Numbered from the whole stretch's first letter, positions 29,584 to 40,520 are shown. The stretch is 63,993 nucleotides of DNA, filler included, from 9 parts of 9 records of this genome joined end to end with filler, not necessarily neighbours in it, one strand, 5' to 3'. Translations and numbers: made by a program. The notes: generated by a model not told the origin, from the letters alone.

Positions 29584-30957
29584 ACCGGCAAGTATCCGGC
29601 CAAGGACAAGATCACCTCCAGCTCGGTAGACCTCCTGGGGGAGGAGTCTATCCAGCGTCTCCTTCATATCTCGGACACCAACAATCCCTACCGTTTCGAC
29701 CTCAGGCGGGGGGCCCTGGCCCGTGTGGCCGGCGGCGGCATCCATTTCAGCGACGAGATCTTCAAGAACAAGCGGGACCTGGTGCAGATCTATCTGGGGG
29801 TGATCCAGAACAGGACCATAGAGTTAGACGGCTTCAAGTGGCCCATAGACACCCTGGTCATCGCCACCAGCAACAACGCCGAGTTCAGCAAGTTCCTGGC
29901 CGAGCGGGAGGAGGCCCCCATCGTGGACCGATGCCGGCTGTGCTACGTGAGCCACAACACGGACTACAAGCTCCAGTCCGACCTGACCCGCTACGCCCTG
30001 GGGGGCTGGGAGAAATCCACCTTCAGCAAGTCCAGCCTCCACATCGATCCCAACTTCAACTACGCCTCCTCCGTGGCGGTGGCCCTGAGCCGTCTGCCCC
30101 GATCGGACAAGCTCACCCCCATCGAGATGATGAAGCTGGCCGCCGGCGAGGTGGCGGGGGAGAAGAGCATCAAGACCCTTCGGGAGATCATCGACGACCT
30201 CCAGTCGGAGGCGGATATCACCAAGCGATTCGGCCAGAAGGGGCTGGGGCAGAGGAATCTGGGCCGGGCCATACAGCTTGTCCTGGAGAGCTCGGAGACC
30301 AACGAGGGGGAGTGCATGTTCGCCCGGGACATCTTCAGGGCCCTCAAGACCATCGTCCTGGACTATATCCAGGAGCCGGCTGACCGGGCCAAATACCTGG
30401 AGGACCTGAAGACCGCCCAGGGGCTCTACAAGGAGAAGATCAAGGTGGAGATCTTCGACGCCTACATGGACGAGCCCAAGGCCATCGAGAAGAGCGTCAT
30501 GAACTATGTGAACATGATCGTGGGGATAGACGCGGAAACCCTGGGCTCCGACAAGATGTGGAAGTATCCCGATCCCCAGACCGGAGAGCTGACGGCCATC
30601 AAGATCGACGAGCGCTATATCGAGAGCGTGGAGGAGAGGATGGGCCTGAAGACAAAGGAGCAGCGGGAGTCCTTCCGCACCACCATCCGCAAGTTATACG
30701 GACAGAAGATCGCCACCGAGAAGAACTACAACTTCATGGACAATCTGGAGCTGGTGAAGGCGGTGACCGAGGTGAGGCTGAACTCGGATATCGGCAGCGC
30801 CGGAAGCCTGGTGGGGGCCCTGGCCAATCGAACCGACGAGGAGAACCAGAAGCTCTACAACCGCCTGATGGAGACCATGATCGGCAAGCTGGGCTACTGC
30901 CGCACCTGCGCCGAGAAGACCCTGGAGTATTATACCACCCTGGAGGACGAATCCTGA
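29584..30957 (+). CDS. PrkA/YeaG-family AAA+ serine kinase (5' truncated)
   Basis: Frame open from the contig edge; GIHFSDEIFK, IATSN; C-terminal LGYCRTCAEKTLEY; upstream of YeaH and SpoVR. Confidence 0.85.
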   Translation, partial: TGKYPAKDKITSSSVDLLGEESIQRLLHISDTNNPYRFDLRRGALARVAGGGIHFSDEIFKNKRDLVQIYLGVIQNRTIELDGFKWPIDTLVIATSNNAEFSKFLAEREEAPIVDRCRLCYVSHNTDYKLQSDLTRYALGGWEKSTFSKSSLHIDPNFNYASSVAVALSRLPRSDKLTPIEMMKLAAGEVAGEKSIKTLREIIDDLQSEADITKRFGQKGLGQRNLGRAIQLVLESSETNEGECMFARDIFRALKTIVLDYIQEPADRAKYLEDLKTAQGLYKEKIKVEIFDAYMDEPKAIEKSVMNYVNMIVGIDAETLGSDKMWKYPDPQTGELTAIKIDERYIESVEERMGLKTKEQRESFRTTIRKLYGQKIATEKNYNFMDNLELVKAVTEVRLNSDIGSAGSLVGALANRTDEENQKLYNRLMETMIGKLGYCRTCAEKTLEYYTTLEDES

Positions 30958-31101
30958 TGGAGCAGCTGCAAGAGTCCCCTTTGGCCCTGATACTGGGTTA
31001 CAGTTCTGCGCGGGCTGCTCATGTACGCGAGCCACATTCCGCTGCCGGTTCGAATTGCGCCCTGTCTCAGAACCAAATCACAGCTTTTGCAACGACCCCA
31101 T
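30957..31101. mobile_element. Candidate MITE-like intergenic element
   Basis: Imperfect terminal inverted repeats (ATGGAGCAGCTGCAAGAG / CTTTTGCAACGACCCCAT) around a non-coding core GCTCATGTAC...CATTCCGCT. Confidence 0.45.
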
Positions 31102-31119
31102 TGATAACGGGGAGCGGTC

Positions 31120-32316
31120 ATGGGGGATAGGGAGCCCAAAGGGTATTACCATAAGGGGCTGAAGTCGATCGACGACCTTCTGGAACGGGACAAGCAGAGG
31201 GAGAAGGACGGATTCCCCCGCAAGGTGAGGCTGGGACGGATCTTCCGGCCCGGGAAGGCGGGAAAGGACAATATCATCATCGTTCCCACGGTGGATGAGG
31301 AGAAGTTCTACCACGATACCATCCGCTTCAAGGACGGCGGCTCCCCCGACGAGGCCACCGGGGGGAGTGGAGAGGGAGAAGAGGGCGAGGTTCTGGGGGA
31401 GGTCCCCATCCATCAGGAGGGCGAGGAAGGGGGAACCGCGGGGCAGGGCGGCGGAGAGGAACACGAGGTAGCCTCCAGCGCCTATGACCTGGGAAAGATC
31501 CTGACCGAGCAGTTCAAGCTGCCCAATCTCCAGGACAAGGGCAAGAAGAAGACCTTCACCCGCTACAGGTACGAGATGACCGACAAGAACAGGGGATTCG
31601 GCCAGTTCCTGGACAAGAAGGCCACCCTGAAACGGATCGTCCGGACCAACCAGGCCCTGGGACGGCTCCCCGATGTCTCGGATATAGATTCGACTGGGTT
31701 TCTTGTGGATCCCCGCGACAAGGTCTACCGCATCCTCAGCAAGGAGAAGGACTACGAGGCCCAGGCCCTTGTCTTCTTCCTCCGGGACTACTCGGGCTCC
31801 ATGTACGGCAAGCCGACCCAGATCGTCACAAGCCAGCATCTCATGATCTACAGCTGGCTGAGCTACCAGTACGAGAAGCAGGTGGAGACCCGATTCATCC
31901 TCCACGACGACAAGGCCCGGGAGGTGGAGGACTTCTATACCTACTACAACCTCTCCATCGCCGGGGGAACCTTCATCGCCTCGGCCTACAAGCTGGTAAA
32001 CGAGATCGTGGAGAAGGAGGCTCTGGCCCGGGACTACAACATCTACGTGTTCCACGGGACCGACGGAGACGATCTGGATCAGGAGGGCGCGGACGCCGTG
32101 AAAGAGCTGAAGGCCATGATGGTCTACGCCAGCAGGGTGGGGATCACCGTCGTGAGCTCTCCCCACAGGGCCAAAGGGCAGACCGCCGTGGAGCGGTACG
32201 TGGGTAAATCGGATCTGCTGGCCGCCAAAAAAGAGCTGATCCGCCTCTCCTCTGTGAAGGAGAACGCCGACGAGGGACAGATCATCGACAGTATAAAGGA
32301 GCTGATAGAAGAATGA
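31120..32316 (+). CDS. YeaH/YhbH (DUF444) vWA-like protein
   Basis: Gly/Glu-rich linker, MIDAS-like RDYSGSM, GGT, YNIYVFHGTDGD. Confidence 0.9.
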   Translation: MGDREPKGYYHKGLKSIDDLLERDKQREKDGFPRKVRLGRIFRPGKAGKDNIIIVPTVDEEKFYHDTIRFKDGGSPDEATGGSGEGEEGEVLGEVPIHQEGEEGGTAGQGGGEEHEVASSAYDLGKILTEQFKLPNLQDKGKKKTFTRYRYEMTDKNRGFGQFLDKKATLKRIVRTNQALGRLPDVSDIDSTGFLVDPRDKVYRILSKEKDYEAQALVFFLRDYSGSMYGKPTQIVTSQHLMIYSWLSYQYEKQVETRFILHDDKAREVEDFYTYYNLSIAGGTFIASAYKLVNEIVEKEALARDYNIYVFHGTDGDDLDQEGADAVKELKAMMVYASRVGITVVSSPHRAKGQTAVERYVGKSDLLAAKKELIRLSSVKENADEGQIIDSIKELIEE

Positions 32317-33914
32317 CCCTGATCAGCCAGCATGTCAAAAGTATCATGGAGGAGTGCAAGCTCCGGGCCCGGGACGCCGGTCTCCGCTTCGACCACGAGA
32401 CCCTGGAGTACATCGTCACCAACCAGGATATACTGGAGCTGGCGCCCAGGATGATGATCCCCACCATCTACGACTACTGGGTCCATGACGTGAAGGTCCT
32501 GCAGGAGAAGGGCAAGTACAAGCTCTATCCCTCGAACCCCTACGAGACGGTGATCAATACCCGCCCGGCCGTCTCCTTCTACAACGACAACAATCCGGAC
32601 TGGCTGAACGTGATGATCTTCTACCATGTGCTGGGGCATATAGACTTCTTTCAGAACAACACCTTCTTCAAGCACACCTGGGGGGACGACTTCCTGGGCC
32701 GGGCCAGGGCGGACAAGCGGCTGATCGCCAGGCTCCGGTCGGAGTACGGAAGATGGGTGGACTATGTGATCGAATTCGCCCGGGGGATAGACAATGTGCT
32801 GGGCTATTACAGGGTGCTTTCGGAGCTGAATGTCAAAGGGTCGGGCGGATTCAGCCTGCAGATGAACTTCTACTTCGACCACTTCCTGCAGAACATCAAG
32901 AAGGTCAGCCACGGGGAGTACCTGAAGAGCCTGAAGCGCTACAACGAGCTGAAAAAGCAGTCCCCTCCCACGGGGGAATCCCTCTTTTTCGCGGAGGTGA
33001 AGACCCTCTATCCCGAGTTCGATTCTCTGCTGGAGAAGTACGAACCCGGGAAGGCGGGCTCCTGCCGGGACGTGATGGAGTACATCCTGGCCCGCTCTCC
33101 CTTCCTGGCCAGAGAGGAGAACGCCTGGATGAAGTCGGTGATCCATGTGGTGAGGGATACGGCCCTCTACTTCGATCCCCAGCGGCGGGATCATATCTTC
33201 AATGAGGGATGGGCCAGCTACTGGCATGAGAGGCTCTTCCTGCAGGATCCCCGGATCAAGGGGCACGAGGTGGACTTCGCCCGGGTGCACGCCATGGTCA
33301 CCTCCCTGTCCCGGGTGGGCCTCAATCCCTATGCCATCGGCATGCGTTTATTGGAGTATATCGCCGATCTGGCCCAGACGGGGCGCATCAGTTACGAGTA
33401 CGAGCGGCTTCGGAAGATCGAGGAGAGGAAGGCCTGGAACAAGGGCGGAACCGATCCCGACGCCTTTCTTTTCAAGCTGCGGGAGGAGTACTGCGACTTC
33501 ACCCTGATTAACCAGTTCGCGGATCAGGATTTTGTGAACCGCTATAAGCTCTTTACTGTGGAGAAGGTGCTCAATGAACAGCGCCAGACCTGGCAGTACA
33601 TCGTAAAAAGCCGCAGCGCCGAAGACTACAGGCAGATGCTCCTGGAGAGCCTCTGGCATCCCCCCAACATCAGGGCGGATGAGGAGAGAAGCGACGAGGG
33701 CACGCTTTTTCTGGTTCACCGGGACGAGGGGAAGCCGCTTGTGAAGGAGTACATTCCCAATACCATGATAGGACTGGAATACCTCTGGGGAGGAGTGGTG
33801 AAGCTGGAGACGACCGAGATGTACTACGAGAAGAGGGCGGACGAAACGGCGCTGCATAAGAAGAGGGTCTGCTACACCATGAAAGACCGCAAGATCAGCC
33901 GGAAGGAGATATAA
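32313..33914 (+). CDS. SpoVR/YcgB family protein
   Basis: YETVINTRP, HVLGHIDFFQNN, NEGWASYWH, NPYAIG, YLWG. Confidence 0.93.
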   Translation: MTLISQHVKSIMEECKLRARDAGLRFDHETLEYIVTNQDILELAPRMMIPTIYDYWVHDVKVLQEKGKYKLYPSNPYETVINTRPAVSFYNDNNPDWLNVMIFYHVLGHIDFFQNNTFFKHTWGDDFLGRARADKRLIARLRSEYGRWVDYVIEFARGIDNVLGYYRVLSELNVKGSGGFSLQMNFYFDHFLQNIKKVSHGEYLKSLKRYNELKKQSPPTGESLFFAEVKTLYPEFDSLLEKYEPGKAGSCRDVMEYILARSPFLAREENAWMKSVIHVVRDTALYFDPQRRDHIFNEGWASYWHERLFLQDPRIKGHEVDFARVHAMVTSLSRVGLNPYAIGMRLLEYIADLAQTGRISYEYERLRKIEERKAWNKGGTDPDAFLFKLREEYCDFTLINQFADQDFVNRYKLFTVEKVLNEQRQTWQYIVKSRSAEDYRQMLLESLWHPPNIRADEERSDEGTLFLVHRDEGKPLVKEYIPNTMIGLEYLWGGVVKLETTEMYYEKRADETALHKKRVCYTMKDRKISRKEI

Positions 33915-35101
33915 TGGCGGGCATAGAAGATCTGATGGATGATCTGGGGAATCGCCTGAACGCGGAAAAGCATCTGGTCAGGCTCAGCTTCGCCGGCTAT
34001 CTGGGCAAGCTGCGCGTGAATCCCAGACCCCTGCTGCGGGATATCTTCCAGCTGGTCCATGATATGGTGGCCTATTACGTCCCCCCGGGGGTGGACGAGT
34101 TTCCCGACGATCCCGAATCGGTGGGCTACAGGGCCTGGGACTTTACCAGCCTGTTTATCCGTGAGAGCGAGTCTCCCTATTTCGCCGACCGCCTTTTCGG
34201 CAACCGCTTCATGAGCCTCATCTCTTCCTTCGACCAGGTGGTGGACAGAAACAAGATCTACATCTTCGAAGGGCCTCCGGGCAGCGGAAAAAGCACCTTC
34301 CTCAAGAACTTCCTGGAAAAGTTCGAGATCTACATGCTCACAGACGAAGGGGAGATCTACGATACGACCTGGCGGATCGACAGCTCTCTCTTCCCCGAGC
34401 GGATGCAGCTTCTCAAGGAGATAGGGGAGAGCAGCGGTACGGTCATGCCCTCCCTGTTCTCTCACGAGGCTCTTATCCTGAACTGCCCCAACCACGATCC
34501 CCCGGTCCTGCAGATCCCCCGGGAGCAGAGAAAGGAGTTTCTCTATGATCTGATCCAGGATGAGGATTTCAAGGTGAAGCTCTTCACCGAGAAGAAGTAC
34601 AAATGGATCTTCAAAGACGAGCCCTGCACCATCTGCACCTCCCTCTACAAAGCCCTTCTGGACCATACCGGCTCTCCCCGGAAGGTTCTGGATATGGTCC
34701 AGCCCCGGAGGATGCACTACAGCCGGAGACTGGGGGAGGGGATCTCCGTCTTCAATCCGGGGGACGTGATCCTGAACAAACCGGTTCTGAATCCGGCGGC
34801 CCAGCAGGCCCTGGACGAGCTGTTCGGCGACTCTAATCTGGTGAGGGTCATCCACTCCGAGCACGCCAGGACCAACAACGGCATCTATGTGGTGATGGAT
34901 GTGAAACAGCATAACAAGAACCGGCTCCTCGACCTCCACGGTATCGTCAGCGACGGCATCCACAAGGTGGAATCCATAGAGGAGAACATCAAAACCCTCT
35001 ATATGGGACTGATCAATCCTGAGGATAAGAAATTCATCGAAGACAATCAGGCCCTCCGGGACAGGATCAATTACATCAAGATGCCCTATGTGCTGGACTA
35101 C
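33914..35101 (+). CDS. Second PrkA-like AAA+ protein (3' truncated)
   Basis: Walker A GPPGSGKST, CPNHD...CTIC, SRRLGEGISVFNPGD, LRDRI...PYVLDY. Confidence 0.82.
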
Positions 35102-35201
35102 NNNNNNNNNNNNNNNNNNNNNNNNNNNNNNNNNNNNNNNNNNNNTTAATTAATTAANNNNNNNNNNNNNNNNNNNNNNNNNNNNNNNNNNNNNNNNNNN
35201 N
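35102..35201. other. Artificial contig spacer
   Basis: N-run with TTAATTAATTAA. Confidence 0.99.
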
Positions 35202-35456
35202 ATTGAATATGTGAAGAAACACCCGGTGGATATAATCGTCCTGGATATGGTCATGCCCAAAGGGATCAATGGTCGTGAAACCTATGAGCGGATCGTGCAA
35301 GTTCGTCCAGGGCAGAAGGCGATTATCGCCAGTGGATATGCCAAGACGAAAGAGGTTGATACGGCCCAGGAATCCGGGGCGGGCAAGTACATAAAGAAGC
35401 CTTATACCCTGGAAACGATCGGGATTGCCGTTAAGGAAGAATTGGAAAAACAATGA
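35202..35456 (+). CDS. C-terminal receiver domain (fragment, probably of a hybrid kinase)
   Basis: DIIVLDMVMPKGING...IIASGY...KKPY. Confidence 0.8.
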   Translation: MEYVKKHPVDIIVLDMVMPKGINGRETYERIVQVRPGQKAIIASGYAKTKEVDTAQESGAGKYIKKPYTLETIGIAVKEELEKQ

Positions 35457-35614
35457 TTTTTCGAAGTTCCGGCCTCCCTGCTCTGAGGTTCTGCCGCTCA
35501 TGGGCGCCGGGATGGCGTAAACGGGCGTGGGGTCGGAAGCAAACGTCAATTCCGGGGTGTCCCCGTTGGGGGATATATCCAGTGATGCCGGCCCATTGAG
35601 GAGGAGATTGGACC

Positions 35615-36532
35615 ATGCGCGTTTTTATGACCGGCGGTACCGGTTTCGTGGGTTCCGCGCTAACGGAAAATCTCACGAAGCAGGGCCATGCCGTAACCCT
35701 GTTGACGCGGAAGATTGGAAAAAACCGGTCCGTGCCTTCCGGCGTTTTAACGCTTGAAGGGGATCCCGCCAACCCCGGATCCTGGCAGGATGAGGTGGCG
35801 GATCACGAGATTATCATCAATCTGGCGGGATCTTCCATTTACAGGCGTTGGACCGATGCGGAAAAGCGCCTCATTCATGACAGTCGCATTCTAACCACCC
35901 TGAATTTGGTGAATGCCCTCGAGGGTCGGAAAGGGATGAAAACGACCTTCTTAAGTACTTCCGCGGTGGGCTACTACGGTTTTCGCGGGGATGAGACCCT
36001 GAACGAGAGCAGCCCCCCCGGAAAGGATTTTCTGGCTTCCGTAGCCGGAAAATGGGAGGCGGCGGCTTTAAGAGCCGCGGCAGTGGGCGCCCGGGTGGTA
36101 TTGTGTCGGTTCGGCATTGTTCTGGGATCGAAGGGTGGCGCCCTGGGTGAAATGATCCCCATCTTCAATAAAGGCCTGGGCAGTCAGCTGGGCGATGGAA
36201 GGCAATGGTTCTCCTGGGTTCACCGGATGGATTTGGTGCGGATTTTTTTATTCCTTATGGAACGGGAAGATCTTTCGGGGCCGTTCAATTGTACTGCGCC
36301 TCAACCGGTTCGAAATAAAGACCTGACGGAAGCTCTGGGAAAAGTTTTGGGAAGACCCACTTTCATGCCGCCGGTGCCGGGATTCGTGATCCGCATGATC
36401 AAAGGGGAATTCGGTAACGTGTTGCTCAAAGGCCAGAGGGTACTCCCCGAAAAGCTATTGAGAATGGGCTTTCAATTTCAATACCCCGATCTTTTAAGTA
36501 CACTGCGGGATCTTTTGGGGGAAGGGGATTAG
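35615..36532 (+). CDS. TIGR01777/YfcH-family NAD-dependent epimerase
   Basis: TGGTGFVG, INLAG, SAVGYYG, GDGRQWFSWVH, GQRVLP. Confidence 0.92.
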   Translation: MRVFMTGGTGFVGSALTENLTKQGHAVTLLTRKIGKNRSVPSGVLTLEGDPANPGSWQDEVADHEIIINLAGSSIYRRWTDAEKRLIHDSRILTTLNLVNALEGRKGMKTTFLSTSAVGYYGFRGDETLNESSPPGKDFLASVAGKWEAAALRAAAVGARVVLCRFGIVLGSKGGALGEMIPIFNKGLGSQLGDGRQWFSWVHRMDLVRIFLFLMEREDLSGPFNCTAPQPVRNKDLTEALGKVLGRPTFMPPVPGFVIRMIKGEFGNVLLKGQRVLPEKLLRMGFQFQYPDLLSTLRDLLGEGD

Positions 36533-36711
36533 AAAATTCCCATTGGTCCATTGCCTAAAACCATGCCGGACAGGTGCCCACGGTGGTTCAGCTTGATCAG
36601 GCACGGGCCTGATTTTCCATTGACACACAACCGTTGCTTTCCTAAAATCCCGAAATGACCCAGGCCGTTCGTCACGATCCCTAGGCCGAGGCACTCTTGA
36701 CAGGATAACCC

Positions 36712-39700
36712 ATGGGGGAACAAAAAAGAGTTTTCATGCTCATCGGTCTGATGATCCTGGCCTCCGGGATCGTGGGGACCACCGTATTTACTTTCCTTTA
36801 TGGGGCGGCAATGACCGAGGAACGGGGCCGGTTGACCGAGACGGTCAAGAGCCAGGCCCGGCTGATCGAGGCCATTGCACGCCACGACATGGCCCACGAA
36901 CCGCACCAACCCGGGGGGGCCATGCGGGCCACCTTGGACCTGATCGCGGATGCTCACGAAAATTATAGGGGCTTTGGGAAGACGGGGACCTTTACCCTGG
37001 CCCGCCGAGAGGGTGATCATATCGTATTTTTGCTGGTGCATTGCGGCGAAAAAATGGTCGAACCGCTCTCCGTGCCCTGGCATTCAAACCTTGCCCAACC
37101 CATGCGGCATGCCCTCTCGGACAGGTCCGGAACCATGATCGGGTTGGACTATGGCGGCAAAGAGGTGCTGGCCGCCTATGAACCGGTGGCCTTCCTGGAT
37201 CTGGGCATCGTGGCCAAAATGGATGTTTCGGAAATCCGGGCGCCCTTTATAAGGGCGGGGCTTCTGGCGGGGTTGGTCATGGTGATGGTCTCATTTGTCG
37301 CTGCATTTCTTTTTGTCCGCATTACCCGACCCATGATACGGCGGATTGAAGACCACGCCCGCGATCTGGAAAAAACCGTGGGGGAACTGGCCAGGAGCGA
37401 AGAGCGTTCCCGTCGAATGATCGACCGCAACCCGGATGCCATTCTCATCCTGGACCGGGGGGGAGAGATCCTCTTTGCCAACCCGGCGTCCCGGAGCTTG
37501 TTCGGGCATGATCCGGAAGCGTTGGTGGGGGCGGATCTCGGCTTGCCCTCCATCGAAGATGAATTTAGCGAAATCAACATTGCGGGGCCGGACGGCCATG
37601 GAAAATCCGTTGAAATGCGTTCCCAATCCATCCGATGGGCCCATACGGAAGCATTCATTGTTTCCCTCAGGGATGTGAGTGAGCAAAAGAAAGCCGCCGA
37701 CCGCATTCAGCGGCTCAATGAGGCCCTGCGCGCCATTCGGGATGTGAACCTGTTGATCACACGGGAAAAGAACCCGGATCTCCTGATCGAGGCGGCATGC
37801 CGTATCCTCACATCCTCCGGGCGGTTTAAGGGTGCCTGGATTGCCCTCCTGGATGAAAACCAAAAATTTGCGGGGCTTTCCCGGGCGGGCATCCATGGCG
37901 GGTTTAATGAATTATCCCAACTTTTCAGCCGGGGGGAATTGCCGAACTGCGTGAAAAATGCCCTTTCCCGAACGGATGCGGTTGCCGTGGGGAAGGGTCC
38001 GGAAGTTTGCGGGGATTGTCCCGTGAGTAAATGTTGTGCCAATGATAACGCTTGGGCCGTGCCGTTGATTCAGGACAACAGGCACTATGGCGTTCTGGTC
38101 ATATCCGCACCATCCGAAATGGTGGTTGATGAAGAGGACCGATCCCTTTTCAGGGAAGCGGGTGATGATATCGCCTTTGCCCTCAAAAGCATCGAGACCG
38201 CGGAGAAACAGCGGCGGTTTCAGGATGCCCTGCGTCAAAGCGAGGCCCGTTTTCGGCTACTGGTGGAAAATGCCCCGGTGGGCATTATTGCCGTGGACAA
38301 GGGGGGGATGATTCTCGATTTCAACGAAAAGGGGTTTGCCATTCTGAGCGTCATTTCACCCGGGATCTTCTCTTGGGGCAATCTCCTGACCTTTCCCTTG
38401 CTCATGGATGCGGGTATTTCGGAGGATGTTAAGCGGTGCCTGGAGACAGGTGTATCCGCAAGTCATGAACACCCTTGCAATACGGATGGCGGGGGGAGGG
38501 TCCATTTACGATATCATCTGGCTTCCATTGGGGATTCCGAAAATGCCGTTGTAGGGGTACAGGTGATTATGGAAGATATTTCCGCAACCCGAAACCTGGA
38601 AGGCCAACTGCGCCAGGCCCAGAAAATGGAGGCCATCGGAACCCTGGCCGGGGGCATCGCCCATGACTTCAATAATATCCTGGCGGCTATTTTGGGCTAT
38701 ACACAGCTTGTCATGGAGGAAATACCCCCAAATTCGTCCTTTTATCCTTATCTGAAACAGATCCTGAAAGCCGGCGAACGGGCCAGGGAACTGGTCAAAC
38801 AGATCCTGACCTTCAGCCGGCAGGCGGAAACCGAACCCATCCCCCTCAAGCCCCACCTGATCATCAAAGAGGCCGTCAAGCTTCTGCGAAGCACCATCCC
38901 CACCAGCATTGACATCCGGCAGCATGTGTTTCCGGATACGGGGATGATTGTGGCCGACCCCACCCAGATCCACCAGGTGATCATGAACCTTTGCACCAAT
39001 GCTTATCAGGCCATGGTTGAAAAGGGCGGGACACTGGAAATTTCGATTAAAAATGTTGAGATTTTAAATGAAGACCACGTTCTGAAGGTTTGTACGGACT
39101 TGAAACCGGGTCCGCACATTTGTTTAACCGTCAAGGATACGGGAAGCGGCATCCGCCCCCATGCGTTGGAGCATATCTTTGACCCTTATTTTACCACCAA
39201 GGAAAAAGGCCGGGGGACCGGTCTGGGACTCGCGGTGGTCCACGGTATCGTGGGGGACTGCCGGGGGGGCATTGTCGTTGAAAGTGAAGTGGGTAAAGGG
39301 ACCCGCTTTGATGTTTTCTTCCCCAGGCTGGTAAAGGCCACGGGGTCTCTAACGGAAAAGTCGGAAACACCCGTTCAGGGGGGGAGTGAACGGCTTCTGC
39401 TGGTGGATGATGAAGCGGCTATCGTTGATGTGGGGAAGCAGATGTTGGAGAAATTGGGGTATGGCGTGGAGACAAGCACCAGCAGCCTGGAAGCGCTGAA
39501 ACGGTTTTCCCATGCCCCTGATACATTTGATCTGTTGATTACGGACATGGCCATGCCGAATATGAGCGGCGAGAAGCTGGCGGCTGAAATCATCAAGATT
39601 CGACCCGATTTTCCGGTGATTATCTGTACGGGCTTCAGTGAAGTGATGGATGAAGAGATGGCGGCGGCCAGGGGGATTCGGGCTTTTCTCATGAAACCGC

Positions 39701-39750
39701 TGGACCGGGATGTCCTGTCCAGAACCGTCAGGACCGTTCTGGACGGTTGA
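36712..39750 (+). CDS. Hybrid sensor kinase (TM-Cache-like, PAS, GAF, PAS, HisKA, HATPase, REC)
   Basis: AHDFNNIL, FTTKEKGRGTGLGL, C-terminal REC (VDDE, TDMAMP, KP). Confidence 0.93.
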   Translation: MGEQKRVFMLIGLMILASGIVGTTVFTFLYGAAMTEERGRLTETVKSQARLIEAIARHDMAHEPHQPGGAMRATLDLIADAHENYRGFGKTGTFTLARREGDHIVFLLVHCGEKMVEPLSVPWHSNLAQPMRHALSDRSGTMIGLDYGGKEVLAAYEPVAFLDLGIVAKMDVSEIRAPFIRAGLLAGLVMVMVSFVAAFLFVRITRPMIRRIEDHARDLEKTVGELARSEERSRRMIDRNPDAILILDRGGEILFANPASRSLFGHDPEALVGADLGLPSIEDEFSEINIAGPDGHGKSVEMRSQSIRWAHTEAFIVSLRDVSEQKKAADRIQRLNEALRAIRDVNLLITREKNPDLLIEAACRILTSSGRFKGAWIALLDENQKFAGLSRAGIHGGFNELSQLFSRGELPNCVKNALSRTDAVAVGKGPEVCGDCPVSKCCANDNAWAVPLIQDNRHYGVLVISAPSEMVVDEEDRSLFREAGDDIAFALKSIETAEKQRRFQDALRQSEARFRLLVENAPVGIIAVDKGGMILDFNEKGFAILSVISPGIFSWGNLLTFPLLMDAGISEDVKRCLETGVSASHEHPCNTDGGGRVHLRYHLASIGDSENAVVGVQVIMEDISATRNLEGQLRQAQKMEAIGTLAGGIAHDFNNILAAILGYTQLVMEEIPPNSSFYPYLKQILKAGERARELVKQILTFSRQAETEPIPLKPHLIIKEAVKLLRSTIPTSIDIRQHVFPDTGMIVADPTQIHQVIMNLCTNAYQAMVEKGGTLEISIKNVEILNEDHVLKVCTDLKPGPHICLTVKDTGSGIRPHALEHIFDPYFTTKEKGRGTGLGLAVVHGIVGDCRGGIVVESEVGKGTRFDVFFPRLVKATGSLTEKSETPVQGGSERLLLVDDEAAIVDVGKQMLEKLGYGVETSTSSLEALKRFSHAPDTFDLLITDMAMPNMSGEKLAAEIIKIRPDFPVIICTGFSEVMDEEMAAARGIRAFLMKPLDRDVLSRTVRTVLDG

Positions 39751-39835
39751 TCAGGGTGTGGATTTTGTGGTATGGTAACGGAATATGGTTGAAGGGATGA
39801 TTTGCTGTTTCAAATCATGAAAGGAGGAATTAATA

Positions 39836-40219
39836 ATGAAAGGAAAATGGATGATTTTGGTGTTCATTGCGCTTTTGTGTGCCCCGGGATGGGCGGGTGC
39901 GGTGTCGGAGGACGATTTTGACCTGGACACTACGGGAGACCTGGTGGAAGTCTGTACCGTCCCCGTCAGTGATCCCCTCCATGGGGAAGCCGTCAGTTTC
40001 TGCATCGGTTTTCTGGTGGGCTCCTATCACTATCATATGGCGGAAAATGCGGGTCCCTCCGGAAGCCCCATGGTCTGCCCGCCCGATCCACCGCCACCGC
40101 GGTCCGAGGTCATGAAAATGTTCGTGAAGTGGGTTAAAAAACATCCCGAGTACACGAACGAAGAACCGGTTGAAACGTGGTTCAGGTTCCTCATCGACAA
40201 GTATCCCTGTAAACCTTAA
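39836..40219 (+). CDS. Secreted Rap1a/Tai4-like protein
   Basis: Signal peptide; TGDLVEVC...CIGFLVG...CPP...WVKKHPE...YPC four-Cys pattern. Confidence 0.7.
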   Translation: MKGKWMILVFIALLCAPGWAGAVSEDDFDLDTTGDLVEVCTVPVSDPLHGEAVSFCIGFLVGSYHYHMAENAGPSGSPMVCPPDPPPPRSEVMKMFVKWVKKHPEYTNEEPVETWFRFLIDKYPCKP

Positions 40220-40247
40220 ACCGGCCCTTATGAGAAAGGAGATTGAA

Positions 40248-40520
40248 ATGAACAAAACTGTAATTGCATTGATGATTGCGGCCTGCCTCCTGCTGGGTGG
40301 TTGTGCGGGAATGAGCGATACGGGCCAGAGGACCTTGAGCGGCGGCGCCATGGGTGCCGGCGCAGGCGCCATTGTGGGCGCCATTGCCGGAAATGCGGGT
40401 CTGGGCGCCGCCATCGGTGGTGCGGTGGGTGCCGGTGGGGGATATCTCTACGGTAAGCATAAGGAATCGGAGAAGAGTGCTTATGAACAGGGATATAAGG
40501 CGGGACGTCAGAGCCAATAG
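40248..40520 (+). CDS. Glycine-zipper lipoprotein
   Basis: Lipobox LGGC; GAMGAGAGAIVGAIAG...GAAIGGAVG; RBS AAGGAG. Confidence 0.85.
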   Translation: MNKTVIALMIAACLLLGGCAGMSDTGQRTLSGGAMGAGAGAIVGAIAGNAGLGAAIGGAVGAGGGYLYGKHKESEKSAYEQGYKAGRQSQ

